This document shows positions 11,264-19,734 of a stretch of DNA of 64,000 bases, one piece after another. Source of the stretch: Candidatus Latescibacterota bacterium (GTDB lineage: Bacteria > Latescibacterota > UBA2968 > UBA8231); assembly GCA_963422735.1 (NCBI GenBank), contig OY730476.1:1824001-1888000 (forward strand), read 5' to 3'. Position numbers and translations under genes: made by a program. The first letter of the stretch is position 1. Each line of letters starts with the position of its first letter. The notes under the pieces were generated by a model. It made no database searches. It saw only the letters and a list, made by a program, of their open reading frames with translations, and was not told the DNA's origin.

Positions 11264-11451
11264 GATCTTCACGCCATATCCACCCAAGTTCAAAAACGAC
11301 GAGGAATCCGATTGTCGATGTGATAGAACAGGGCTATTATAAATGAGCTAAGCTGAATATAGGGCAAACCTTCAGCGCAAGGAACGCCCTAACCTACTAG
11401 CACCATTGGTTCACTAAACCGCATTGATTTTAAGCCAGCGAAAGCGAGAAC

Positions 11452-12612
11452 ATGAAGATCACCGATATTAAGATTACGCCCTCCCTCGGCGCGGAAAATC
11501 GCCACTGGTCCTTGCTGAAAATCTTCACGGATGAAGGCATTGTCGGCCTCGGCGAGTGGACCGCTGAGGCCCCCATCGAGCCGCTCAAACAAATGCTCGT
11601 CGGCCAAGACCCGACCAACATCAATCGGCTGCACTACGACCACCTGTGGCAGATGCAGGGCCGCGGCGCCGGCGTGGAAATCGCCCTGTGGGACATCCGG
11701 GGCAAGCAGCTAAACGCGCCCATGCACGAACTGTTGGGCGGCAAATTGCGCGACCGCATCCGGGTGTACTGCGACTGCCACTCGGGAGCGCACTGGACGC
11801 GGGAAGACTATGAACGGCGCTGGCGGGAGACGCGGGCCAGCGGGCAATTAGATCCGGTGTACGAAACCAGTGCCTATGTGTCCATGGCCCAAGAAGTGGT
11901 GGCCGAAGGGTACACAGCGATCAAGTTCGATCTCGATGTGCCCAACCCTTGGAAGCTCGACACCTACGACCGCTCCATCAGCCGCCGGCAGCACCATCAC
12001 ATCATCACCACCATCGAAAGCCTGCGCCAAGCGATCGGCCCTTATATCGACTTATCCATCGATTTGCACGGTTCCTTCAACCTAGCCGACGCTCTGCGCA
12101 TCTGCAAAGACGTGGAGCACCTCGACCTGCTTTGGTTGGAGGATCCCATCCGCTGGGAGTGGGGCAATGTCGCCGCATTGGCCAAGATCTGCCAGCAGAC
12201 CAAGACGCCGATATGCACTGGCGAAATTTTTTACGGAGCCAAGATGTTCCGCGAGTTGATGGAACAACAAGCCTGCGACCTGCTAGAGCCGGACATCCCT
12301 CGCAGCGGCGGACCCATTGAAATCCGCCGCATCGCCGAACTAGCCGAGATGTACCACATGTCGCTAGCCCCCCACTACATGCGGAGCGCGGTTGCGGGCA
12401 TGGCAGCGGTCCATATATGCGCCACCCTGCCCAATTTCCTCGCCCTAGAGCACCACTCGCGCAATATCCCGCTGTGGGGCACCATGCTCGACATCAAGAA
12501 CCCCATTCAGCAAGGCTACATCGCCGTGCCCGACGGCCCGGGCTTGGGCGTCGATCTAGACGAAGAAACCATCGCCGCTGCGCTACCTGCCGGGGTGCCG
12601 CTGTGGTCCTGA
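11452..12612 (+). CDS. mandelate racemase/muconate lactonizing enzyme family dehydratase
   Basis: MKITDIK, TDEGIVGLGE, ALWDIRGK..P..LLGG, DLHG / WLEDP / TGE metal ligands, PGLGVDLD. Confidence 0.9.
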   Translation: MKITDIKITPSLGAENRHWSLLKIFTDEGIVGLGEWTAEAPIEPLKQMLVGQDPTNINRLHYDHLWQMQGRGAGVEIALWDIRGKQLNAPMHELLGGKLRDRIRVYCDCHSGAHWTREDYERRWRETRASGQLDPVYETSAYVSMAQEVVAEGYTAIKFDLDVPNPWKLDTYDRSISRRQHHHIITTIESLRQAIGPYIDLSIDLHGSFNLADALRICKDVEHLDLLWLEDPIRWEWGNVAALAKICQQTKTPICTGEIFYGAKMFRELMEQQACDLLEPDIPRSGGPIEIRRIAELAEMYHMSLAPHYMRSAVAGMAAVHICATLPNFLALEHHSRNIPLWGTMLDIKNPIQQGYIAVPDGPGLGVDLDEETIAAALPAGVPLWS

Positions 12613-12614
12613 GA

Positions 12615-12744
12615 GAAGCGTTCTCAAAACTCCTCGTGCTAGCTTAGTGGCCAGTGGTACATCCCCTAGGCGGTGCGGGGACTAACCCCTAACCACTGAT
12701 CACTAACCACTGATCACTGATCACTAACCCCTAACCACTGCTTC
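12615..12744. mobile_element. MITE family A copy (GAAGCGTTCT end) with heptamer array; right end eroded
   Basis: GAAGCGTTCTCAAAACT and the next ~25 bp match the reverse complement of the 37693-37812 element; only GCTTC remains at the right end. Confidence 0.65.
12682..12737 (+). repeat. heptamer tandem array, 8 units
   Basis: CTAACCC CTAACCA CTGATCA CTAACCA CTGATCA CTGATCA CTAACCC CTAACCA. Confidence 0.95.
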
Positions 12745-12753
12745 TGGATTTTT

Positions 12754-14208
12754 ATGAAATTTCAAAACTACATCGACGGCCAGTGGGTTGGGGCCTCGGA
12801 TGGACAGACCTTTGCCCAGCGCAATCCAGCCGACCTAGAACGCGTAACCGGAGAATGGCCCCAAAGCCCCTGCGCCGATGCTGAGCAGGCCATTGAAGCG
12901 GCGCATGCGGCATTTCCGGCGTGGGCCGACATGGGGGCGTACCAGCGAGCGGAGTACTTGTCGCGAGCGGTCGCGGTGCTGAAGGGGCGAGCCGAAGAAA
13001 TCGCCGCAATCCTCACCGCAGAAAATGGCAAGACGCTCGACGAAGCGCGGACCGAGGTGGGGTCAGCGGTGCGCGAGATGGAGTTCCAGATCGCCCAAGG
13101 AATCTCCATGTGCGGCCAGACCGCGCCCTCGGCTCAACCTGGAGTGTTTGCCTACAGCGTTCGGCGGCCCCTTGGGGTGGCGTCGATCATCAGCCCTTGG
13201 AACTTTCCGTTCAACGTGCCGGGGCGCAAGTGTACGCCGGCGCTGATCAGCGGCAACACCATCGTCTTTAAGCCGGCGAGCCTGACGCCCGGGGCCGGGC
13301 GGGCTTTCGTCGATATTTTTGCCGAGGCTGGGCTGCCTGCGGGCGTACTGAACTTCGTCTGCGGTGGGGGGAGTACGGTCGGGGAAACCATAATCACGCA
13401 TCCGTTGGTGCAGTCGATTTCCTTCACGGGTTCGACCCAAGTAGGCAGGGGCATTCAGCAGCGCGCCGCCCAAGGGCTAATCCGCACGCAACTGGAGATG
13501 GGCGGCAAAAATCCCGCGGTCATCTTGGCAGATGCCGATCTCGACATGGCGGCAGATGCAGTCGTCAAGGCGGCCTATGCTTGCGCCGGGCAGTGGTGTA
13601 CTTCGACGAGCCGGGCAATCGCCGTGCGCGAGGTAGCCGCAGCCTTCACCAACAAGGTACTAGAGCGCGTCAAGCGAATTCGGGTGGGGAACGGGATGGC
13701 AGAGGGGGTGGATATGGGGCCGGTGTGCGGCGCGGACCAGCTCGAAACCATCGAGGGCTACATCGAGATCGGCAAAGCGGAAGGAGGCTACATCGCACAC
13801 GGAGGCGAGCGCCTGACCGCCGACGGACTAGACAAAGGGTGTTTTATTGCGCCGACGGTCTTTACCGGTGTCCAGCCGCAGATGCGCATCGCTCAGGAGG
13901 AGATATTCGGCCCAGTGTTGTGCCTGATGGTAGCAGAGGATTTCTCCGAAGCCCTAGCGATTGCCAATGGCGTGGAGTTTGGGCTGGCGTCGTCCATTTT
14001 CACGCGGGACATTGGGCGGGCCTTCCAGTTCTTGGAAAAGACCGACGTGGGGCTGACGCATGTGAACATGATGACGGCCTACCGCGAGCCCCAGCTCTCA
14101 TTCGGCGGGGTGAAGGCTTCCGGGCACGGGATCCCGGAATCGGGCGACACTGGGATCGAGTTTTTCACCGAGCACAAGGTCGCCTTTATCAATTACGGAC
14201 TTTCCTAG
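12754..14208 (+). CDS. NAD(P)-dependent aldehyde dehydrogenase (2,5-dioxopentanoate dehydrogenase-like)
   Basis: PWNFP, FTGST, LEMGGKNP, AGQWCTS catalytic Cys, EEIFGPV. Confidence 0.92.
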   Translation: MKFQNYIDGQWVGASDGQTFAQRNPADLERVTGEWPQSPCADAEQAIEAAHAAFPAWADMGAYQRAEYLSRAVAVLKGRAEEIAAILTAENGKTLDEARTEVGSAVREMEFQIAQGISMCGQTAPSAQPGVFAYSVRRPLGVASIISPWNFPFNVPGRKCTPALISGNTIVFKPASLTPGAGRAFVDIFAEAGLPAGVLNFVCGGGSTVGETIITHPLVQSISFTGSTQVGRGIQQRAAQGLIRTQLEMGGKNPAVILADADLDMAADAVVKAAYACAGQWCTSTSRAIAVREVAAAFTNKVLERVKRIRVGNGMAEGVDMGPVCGADQLETIEGYIEIGKAEGGYIAHGGERLTADGLDKGCFIAPTVFTGVQPQMRIAQEEIFGPVLCLMVAEDFSEALAIANGVEFGLASSIFTRDIGRAFQFLEKTDVGLTHVNMMTAYREPQLSFGGVKASGHGIPESGDTGIEFFTEHKVAFINYGLS

Positions 14209-14407
14209 TGTACGGTTGGGAATTCAGGTTTCATTTAGGCGATTTCACTCGGCTGGCCCGTAGCCCTCGTCCGGGCCAGCGCGGTCCCCCGCGTCAATGT
14301 TCCGAGGCCCGTCGCCGGGTACCCGCCGCCAAGGGGGCGGATGGGACTAACCACTAACCACTGACCCCTAACCACTGATTAAACAGTCCTTATTCTAGGA
14401 AAGTCCG
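14196..14407. mobile_element. MITE family B, complete copy (IS1595/ISNha5-like ends)
   Basis: Perfect 13-bp TIR CGGACTTTCCTAG / CTAGGAAAGTCCG; 8-bp direct repeat ATCAATTA at 14188-14195 and 14408-14415; no transposase. Confidence 0.9.
14347..14381 (+). repeat. heptamer tandem array, 4-5 units, inside MITE B
   Basis: CTAACCA CTAACCA CTGACCC CTAACCA CTGATTA. Confidence 0.9.
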
Positions 14408-14408
14408 A

Positions 14409-15197
14409 TCAATTATCTCCAGTAGGCTGGTAGGTCGGGAAGACGCGGGGAAAGGCGCGGCCCGTGGTCGTTTGGCGGGTAGCTGCGTCGATGTAGCAGA
14501 TGCTGAATGCGCGGCGCGGGCGGTTGGAGCGATTCGTCTCCGAGCGGTGCAAGGTCCAGTTGTGCAAAAGCACCACCTCGCCTTTTTCCATTTCCAAATA
14601 GAGCCGCTTCTCGTCCGGTGCGTGCAGCGCACGCTCTTCCACCGAGAGCTGGTCGCCCGTTTTGGGAATCATGCTGTGGTGCGAGCTTGGGATGATTTGT
14701 AGGCAACCGTTGGCAGCGCACGTATCGTCGAGCGCAGTCCACACCGTGACTTGGGGGGGAATGCTCAGATGCCAACCGCCAGCACCGTCTTGGTGCCAGT
14801 TGATCGTAACGCCCTGCTCGGCGGGCTTGTTGAAAAACATGGCGCGAAAGATCGAGACCTCCGCGCCGATGATCTTAGAGGTTAGATCGCGGAAGATCGG
14901 CTTTTGTAAATAGCCCAAAAACAGTGGATCCTGCTCCAGATCCTGAATTTTGCGGTATTTGAGCGAGGATCCCTTAAACTCCCTAGTCTGCCGCGAAAGT
15001 TCGGGCTTGCCAGCCGAAGGGCATAGCTGCATGAGCATGTCGTCGTAGCGGACTTCGCCGAGCATAATCTGATCGATGCGCCGACAGAGGGCGTCGATTT
15101 CCGCGCGGGGAGCCACGTGGCCGAGGCGCACGTAGCCCTGCTCGTGGAATCGGTCTAGTTCGGCGGCACTGAGCGCGGGGGCGTGGAGAAGGGTCAT
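14409..15197 (-). CDS. phytanoyl-CoA dioxygenase (PhyH) family Fe(II)/2OG dioxygenase
   Basis: FHEQGY, WHQD, WTALDD..NGCL..IP.SH, HRSETN; start MTLLHA after AAGGAG. Confidence 0.9.
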   Translation of the reverse strand: MTLLHAPALSAAELDRFHEQGYVRLGHVAPRAEIDALCRRIDQIMLGEVRYDDMLMQLCPSAGKPELSRQTREFKGSSLKYRKIQDLEQDPLFLGYLQKPIFRDLTSKIIGAEVSIFRAMFFNKPAEQGVTINWHQDGAGGWHLSIPPQVTVWTALDDTCAANGCLQIIPSSHHSMIPKTGDQLSVEERALHAPDEKRLYLEMEKGEVVLLHNWTLHRSETNRSNRPRRAFSICYIDAATRQTTTGRAFPRVFPTYQPTGDN

Positions 15198-15213
15198 GGC
15201 AAACTCCTTGGTC

Positions 15214-15861
15214 TTAAGCGAGGCGAGCGAGCGCGTCTTGCCGGCTGATGCGGCGGAAGGATTGTTCAAGGACTGGACCTTGGCCATGCCAGCCCTCCTC
15301 GCGCCCGCCATCGGGCACGGAGTCGAAGACGCTTTGGCACCAAGCGGCGAGCGGAGCTACCGGGCAGCGGATGACCAAGTCGGGGTCGGCGACCGCACCT
15401 GTGGCCGAATACGCATAGCAAGTTTCGATGAGCCGCTCGGCCGCAGCTACCTGCTGCCACTGGTACTCGCGCAGGGCCGGAGGGCCGTCGGGCACGAGCA
15501 GGATGTTGACGCCGCGGTCAGTGATCGCGTTGAGCCGCTCGGCGGCATCGGTACCGACCAACACGTCTTTGTGCTCCGGCCAGATGTCGAACATCCCGTA
15601 GGCCGCCTTGGGCGCACGGGATTGGAAGGTGAAATAATCGGGGTACGCGAAGAAATCTTCGCCAGTGGCGCGGTAGGTATTGTAAAAGGCGGTTACGTGG
15701 GCCATGACCAAATTGACGGCCCCGACGCCCTCAAGGCGATTGGGCACTAAAAGCCCTAACCTTTTGGTATTGGTAAAGCCGCGAAAGTACTCTGCCAGCG
15801 CGACCGGATGGCCGCTGGCAATCATCTCAAAGTCGCTGTCGCCGAGTTTTGAACTGTGCAT
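15214..15861 (-). CDS. hypothetical protein (215 aa)
   Basis: Host-like codon usage, GGAG RBS, 16 bp upstream of the PhyH gene; no motif recognised. Confidence 0.75.
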   Translation of the reverse strand: MHSSKLGDSDFEMIASGHPVALAEYFRGFTNTKRLGLLVPNRLEGVGAVNLVMAHVTAFYNTYRATGEDFFAYPDYFTFQSRAPKAAYGMFDIWPEHKDVLVGTDAAERLNAITDRGVNILLVPDGPPALREYQWQQVAAAERLIETCYAYSATGAVADPDLVIRCPVAPLAAWCQSVFDSVPDGGREEGWHGQGPVLEQSFRRISRQDALARLA

Positions 15862-16020
15862 GAGTAACTCCGCCTAATCCCAAATATGTAACGCCATTCT
15901 CCGCGCCGCCACAAGCAGTTAGGTCCCCTCTCCTCAACCGAGGAGTTGCGCCCTCCGCAGAGACCAGCATGAGTCGTCGCGACAAATGTGGAAACAGACC
16001 GGGATCGGGGCGAGATCGGC

Positions 16021-16806
16021 CTACTCCAGCAGAATGCCGCCATCGATGACGATGTTTTTACCCGTCAGCGATCGGGTTCTACACAGCATTTCAAAAACAT
16101 AGAGCAGATGCAGAGGAGGGATTTCCTGCTTCCACACCTTCATTAGGTTTTTGACCCCGTCAATGGCTTCGCTTGGCGTGTTGGAAATCATCTGGCCGCT
16201 GACAATGACCGGGCTGATGGAATTGACGCGAATGCCAAATTCCTTACCTGCTTGCACCGCATAATTGCGGCTGAGACCGAGCAGGGCCGCCTTGCTGCAA
16301 ACATAGGGTGCCCCCACGTACAGCCCGCCCACCAGTGCGGCCAGCGACGCGATGTTGATGATTTGCCGATCGCCACTGCCATGCTGCATCAGGCCGACCG
16401 CTCCTTGGCTCATAAAGGCCGCGCCTTTTGCATTTACATTGAGGACGCGGTCCCAGTTGTCCTCAGTCATGTCGAGCAACTTTACCTCGCTGAGGAGCCC
16501 GGCGTTATTGATGAGCATATCGAGGCCGTCGTACTGTTCGGCTATTTCAGCGTAGAAGGATTTGATCTGGGCAACATCGCTGAGGTCAACGCGATGGGCG
16601 CTGTACTCGCCACCGTAGGACGCGACGGCCTCTACGGTGGCGTCTTGCATCACAACATCTACCAGAATGGGGATTCCGCCGCGCGAGGCGATAAAGGTCG
16701 CAAAAAATTTTCCAATCGTCCCACTGGAGCCGGTGATAATGCAGCGCCGCCCCTCGAGGTATTCTTCCATCGTCACGTACTGCTCAAGCCCCGTACTACC
16801 GTTCAT
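16021..16806 (-). CDS. SDR family oxidoreductase
   Basis: TGSSGTIG, INNAG, YVCSK. Confidence 0.9.
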   Translation of the reverse strand: MNGSTGLEQYVTMEEYLEGRRCIITGSSGTIGKFFATFIASRGGIPILVDVVMQDATVEAVASYGGEYSAHRVDLSDVAQIKSFYAEIAEQYDGLDMLINNAGLLSEVKLLDMTEDNWDRVLNVNAKGAAFMSQGAVGLMQHGSGDRQIINIASLAALVGGLYVGAPYVCSKAALLGLSRNYAVQAGKEFGIRVNSISPVIVSGQMISNTPSEAIDGVKNLMKVWKQEIPPLHLLYVFEMLCRTRSLTGKNIVIDGGILLE

Positions 16807-17010
16807 AAGCTGTATCTCCTAGCATTCATTAATCATTAAGATGCGAGTAATTAATGTGCAGGCATTAAAAGGCCCTTTCAGACGCTAGTCAAGGAGCGGC
16901 CTCGTTGGAACCCAGCAGCAACAGATGGCACCCGCCTTCCTTGACTAGGCCGCGAAAAATCTCTTTATCCATAGCGCGAACCACGCACCAACTAAAAAGG
17001 AGCCAATCCA

Positions 17011-18087
17011 TTGACTGAATCTACCCGCCAAAGCATCCGGCCGGATGACCTGAAGAACTTTTGCACCGCCGCCATGGTCCAAGCCGGCCTCAGCGCAGAA
17101 GACGCCGAATTAAGTGCCCACGTCTTCGTCACCACCGACACTTGGGGCACCTTTACGCACGGCACCCGACAGATCCGCGGCTTGATGCAGAATGCGCGGC
17201 GTGGCCGTCTGGTTGCGACCGCGAAAGAGAAAATCGTCGCTGAGGGGCCCTCTTGGGCCATTATCGACGCCTGCGACGGCATGCCGCCCGCCATCTCCTG
17301 CCGCGCCGTTGAGTTGGCCGTTGCCAAAGCCCGCCAAAGCGGCATGTGCTACATCGGCATCCGGGGCAGCAGTCATTACGGCGCCGCCGGGTTTTACGCC
17401 AACGCGATTGCCGAAAACGACATGATCGGCCTTTCCATGTGCAATGTGGAACCCTGCATGACCGTGCCAGGCGGCAAGAGTAGAATTCTGGGGACCAACC
17501 CGATCGCCTACGCTGCACCGACCGGCACCGACCGCACCGTCATGCTCGACATTGCCACCAGCGCGGTTGCGGCTACCAAAATATTCGCAGCCAAAAACGA
17601 AGGGCGCAGCATTCCCGACACTTGGCTGGTGGACGAAGACGGCATTCCAACGACCGATCCCACCGAGTTTCCAGAAAAAGGGGCGCAGTTGCCCATGGCC
17701 GGACACAAAGGGTACGGGTTGGCCGTGCTGGTAGAGTTGCTGACGGCAACCCTTAGTGGGGCGGCGATGATGAGCGGCGTCCACAGTTGGGTGGCGGACA
17801 CGGACGATCCCTCAAATCAGGGTCATGCCTTTATCGCCATTGACGTCGGCGCGATGATGCCGCTGGAGGAATTCCACACCCGCATGGATGTCATGTGCAA
17901 AGAGATCAAGGGCGCTTCCACAGCCAAAGGCGGGACCATCTTCCTGCCGGGCGAGATCGAGTGGAACAAGCGGGAGCAAGCGCTAGCCGAGGGTATTGTC
18001 ATGCCCGAGGATGTCTTGATCAGCCTGCGAGGACTGGCTGAAGATAGTGGCCTCGATCCTGCGGCTTTCAATTTGGACTTGGGCTGA
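17011..18087 (+). CDS. Ldh_2 family (type 2 malate/L-lactate/ureidoglycolate) dehydrogenase
   Basis: GTFTHG, SSHYGAAG, GTNPIA, DIATS, GHKGYGL, LPGE. Confidence 0.9.
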   Translation: MTESTRQSIRPDDLKNFCTAAMVQAGLSAEDAELSAHVFVTTDTWGTFTHGTRQIRGLMQNARRGRLVATAKEKIVAEGPSWAIIDACDGMPPAISCRAVELAVAKARQSGMCYIGIRGSSHYGAAGFYANAIAENDMIGLSMCNVEPCMTVPGGKSRILGTNPIAYAAPTGTDRTVMLDIATSAVAATKIFAAKNEGRSIPDTWLVDEDGIPTTDPTEFPEKGAQLPMAGHKGYGLAVLVELLTATLSGAAMMSGVHSWVADTDDPSNQGHAFIAIDVGAMMPLEEFHTRMDVMCKEIKGASTAKGGTIFLPGEIEWNKREQALAEGIVMPEDVLISLRGLAEDSGLDPAAFNLDLG

Positions 18088-18119
18088 GAAGCCACCGGCA
18101 AACCCCGCGCCGAAGGGCA

Positions 18120-19535
18120 CTAGGAGTCGCCGAGTTCCTCTCCCCGGCCGCCGAAATACCTCGCCAGCACCCGCTCCGGCGGCCACAGGTCGAGCAGCTC
18201 GACGGCCTCTGCCAGCGGCGTACCGGCAAAGGACGCTTCCAACTCCTCCCGCGTACGCCGCCGCGCCGGACGCTCGTCCAAGTTGGCCATCTCGAACAGC
18301 ACCCGTGCATTGATCGCCGCGCACTCGCTCAGACCCCGAGGATAGACCTTGTCCGCGGTGTCGGCCCGGCTGTGGCCATAGAAGCGATCCTCGGGCCATA
18401 CCGACTCCGTGCCCAGCCCCACGGTGGGCACGCCGTGGGCGAAGAACGGGAAGTGATCGGAACCCCAGCTTGTCGTGCCGCAGGACGCGCCGAAGGGCTT
18501 TTCGAGCCCATCCACTCGCACGCGACTCGCCACTGCTTCCAAGACCGGCAGCAGATCCTCAGCACCGGCAATTCTCAGCCCCGAGGGCCGACCACCGACA
18601 TCGTTGTTGATCATCAGCGAGGTGTTGTCGAGTTCGCCGGCGTGGCGCTGCGTGTACGCCCAAGACCCGACCAATCCCGACTCCTCGACCCCGAAGGCAA
18701 CGAACCGAACCGTGCGCCGCAGGTGCTCGCGATGTACGGCGAGAGCGCGCGCCGCCTCGACCACGGCGACCACGCCCGCAGCGTTGTCAATAGCACCGGG
18801 ACCCACGTGCCAAGTGTCGTAGTGGGCACCGCAGACCAAGATCTGCTGCGGATACTCGGCCCCGGTCAGCTCGCCGACCACGTTCCACGACTCCTTGGAC
18901 TCGATGCGGCTGTCGAGGACCAGCCGCAGCCGCACCGGTCCACGCCGCTGCTGCAGACGCTTGAGGTACTCGGCGTCTTCGAGACTGATCGAGGCCACCG
19001 GCAGGGCACCGACCCGCTGGAAGCAGCAGGTGCGAGCCGGCTGCAAGGCACCGGCGTAGTTGCGGTGCTCGAGGAGCACCACAGCGCCGAAGCGCGCTGC
19101 CAAGGGCGTCTTCAGTTGGCGGGCAAAGGGGTAGTAGGGTGCCACCACAATGCGGCCGCGCACCTCGTCGGCCCGCTGCGCCAGCTCCTCGGCGTCGCAG
19201 CGCTCGAGGAACACGACCTCTCCTTCCACCCCCTGCTCCGTGGTCGAAGGCGACAGCCCTCCGCACCGACACGGGATCGAGCGTCCTGACTCCGGTGCCA
19301 CCACGGTCAACTCCTCGCGCTGCGGTCGCCAAGCGCGGTACTCGAAGGGCTCCAAGTGGACGCGGTCGAGTCCATAGCGCTGAAAGGTCTGCAACAGGAA
19401 GTCCCGGGCCCGGACCTCCCCCTCGCTGCCGGCTACGCGCACGCCGATGTCGTCGGTCAGCACGAGCAGGTTTTCCCAGACCTCGGACCGCGCCTCGATC
19501 TCGGCGACGATCGCTTCTTCGATTCTGTCTTCCAT
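18120..19535 (-). CDS. M28 family aminopeptidase with PA domain
   Basis: GAHYDTW, GAIDNAAG, GVEESGLVGS, SDHFPF, HSRADT. Confidence 0.88.
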   Translation of the reverse strand: MEDRIEEAIVAEIEARSEVWENLLVLTDDIGVRVAGSEGEVRARDFLLQTFQRYGLDRVHLEPFEYRAWRPQREELTVVAPESGRSIPCRCGGLSPSTTEQGVEGEVVFLERCDAEELAQRADEVRGRIVVAPYYPFARQLKTPLAARFGAVVLLEHRNYAGALQPARTCCFQRVGALPVASISLEDAEYLKRLQQRRGPVRLRLVLDSRIESKESWNVVGELTGAEYPQQILVCGAHYDTWHVGPGAIDNAAGVVAVVEAARALAVHREHLRRTVRFVAFGVEESGLVGSWAYTQRHAGELDNTSLMINNDVGGRPSGLRIAGAEDLLPVLEAVASRVRVDGLEKPFGASCGTTSWGSDHFPFFAHGVPTVGLGTESVWPEDRFYGHSRADTADKVYPRGLSECAAINARVLFEMANLDERPARRRTREELEASFAGTPLAEAVELLDLWPPERVLARYFGGRGEELGDS

Positions 19536-19643
19536 TGCTACCTCTTAGGCTATGCCTGTGCCAACTATGGAAATTCTACCCTACCCAAAGAGGCTGCCTC
19601 CGATGTTTGAATACGGACTGATGACAGCTCAAGGACTTGAACT

Positions 19644-19727
19644 CTAGTGCAATGCGCCGTCGAGAAGATGCACGGCCATAGCTTCTTCGTCCAGTTCGAT
19701 GCCGAGACCTTGACCTTCCGGGAAGGA
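19644..19727 (-). pseudogene. 3' remnant of an enolase-superfamily (mandelate racemase-like) gene
   Basis: Reads SFPEGQGLGIELDEEAMAVHLLDGALH*, matching the PGLG.ELDEE C-terminal motif of the two intact paralogs. Confidence 0.6.
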
Positions 19728-19734
19728 CTAGTCG

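Noticed and set aside
7610-11450. Intact integrative element at ssrA
   Set aside because: No integrase and no duplicated tmRNA 3' end found by eye.
14238-14347. HDV-like ribozyme in MITE B: ends in GGCGGATGGGAC like genomic HDV, with possible GTCCC/GGGAC and GGCGAT/GTCGCC helices
   Set aside because: The segment that should form P3-L3 is about 22 nt and lacks a correctly placed YCCNCGY loop with a closing P3 stem; local hairpins explain the sequence. Only a descriptor search or cleavage assay could revive it.
15862-16020. Possible riboswitch in the SDR-hypothetical spacer
   Set aside because: Only a small hairpin (CTCCTC-AACC-GAGGAG); no aptamer consensus recognised.
18372-19289. Long antisense and alternate-frame ORFs (also 36648-37607, 35873-36739, 28238-29011, 13581-14357)
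   Set aside because: Shadow ORFs of high-GC genes with Arg/Pro/Ala-rich composition and no motifs.
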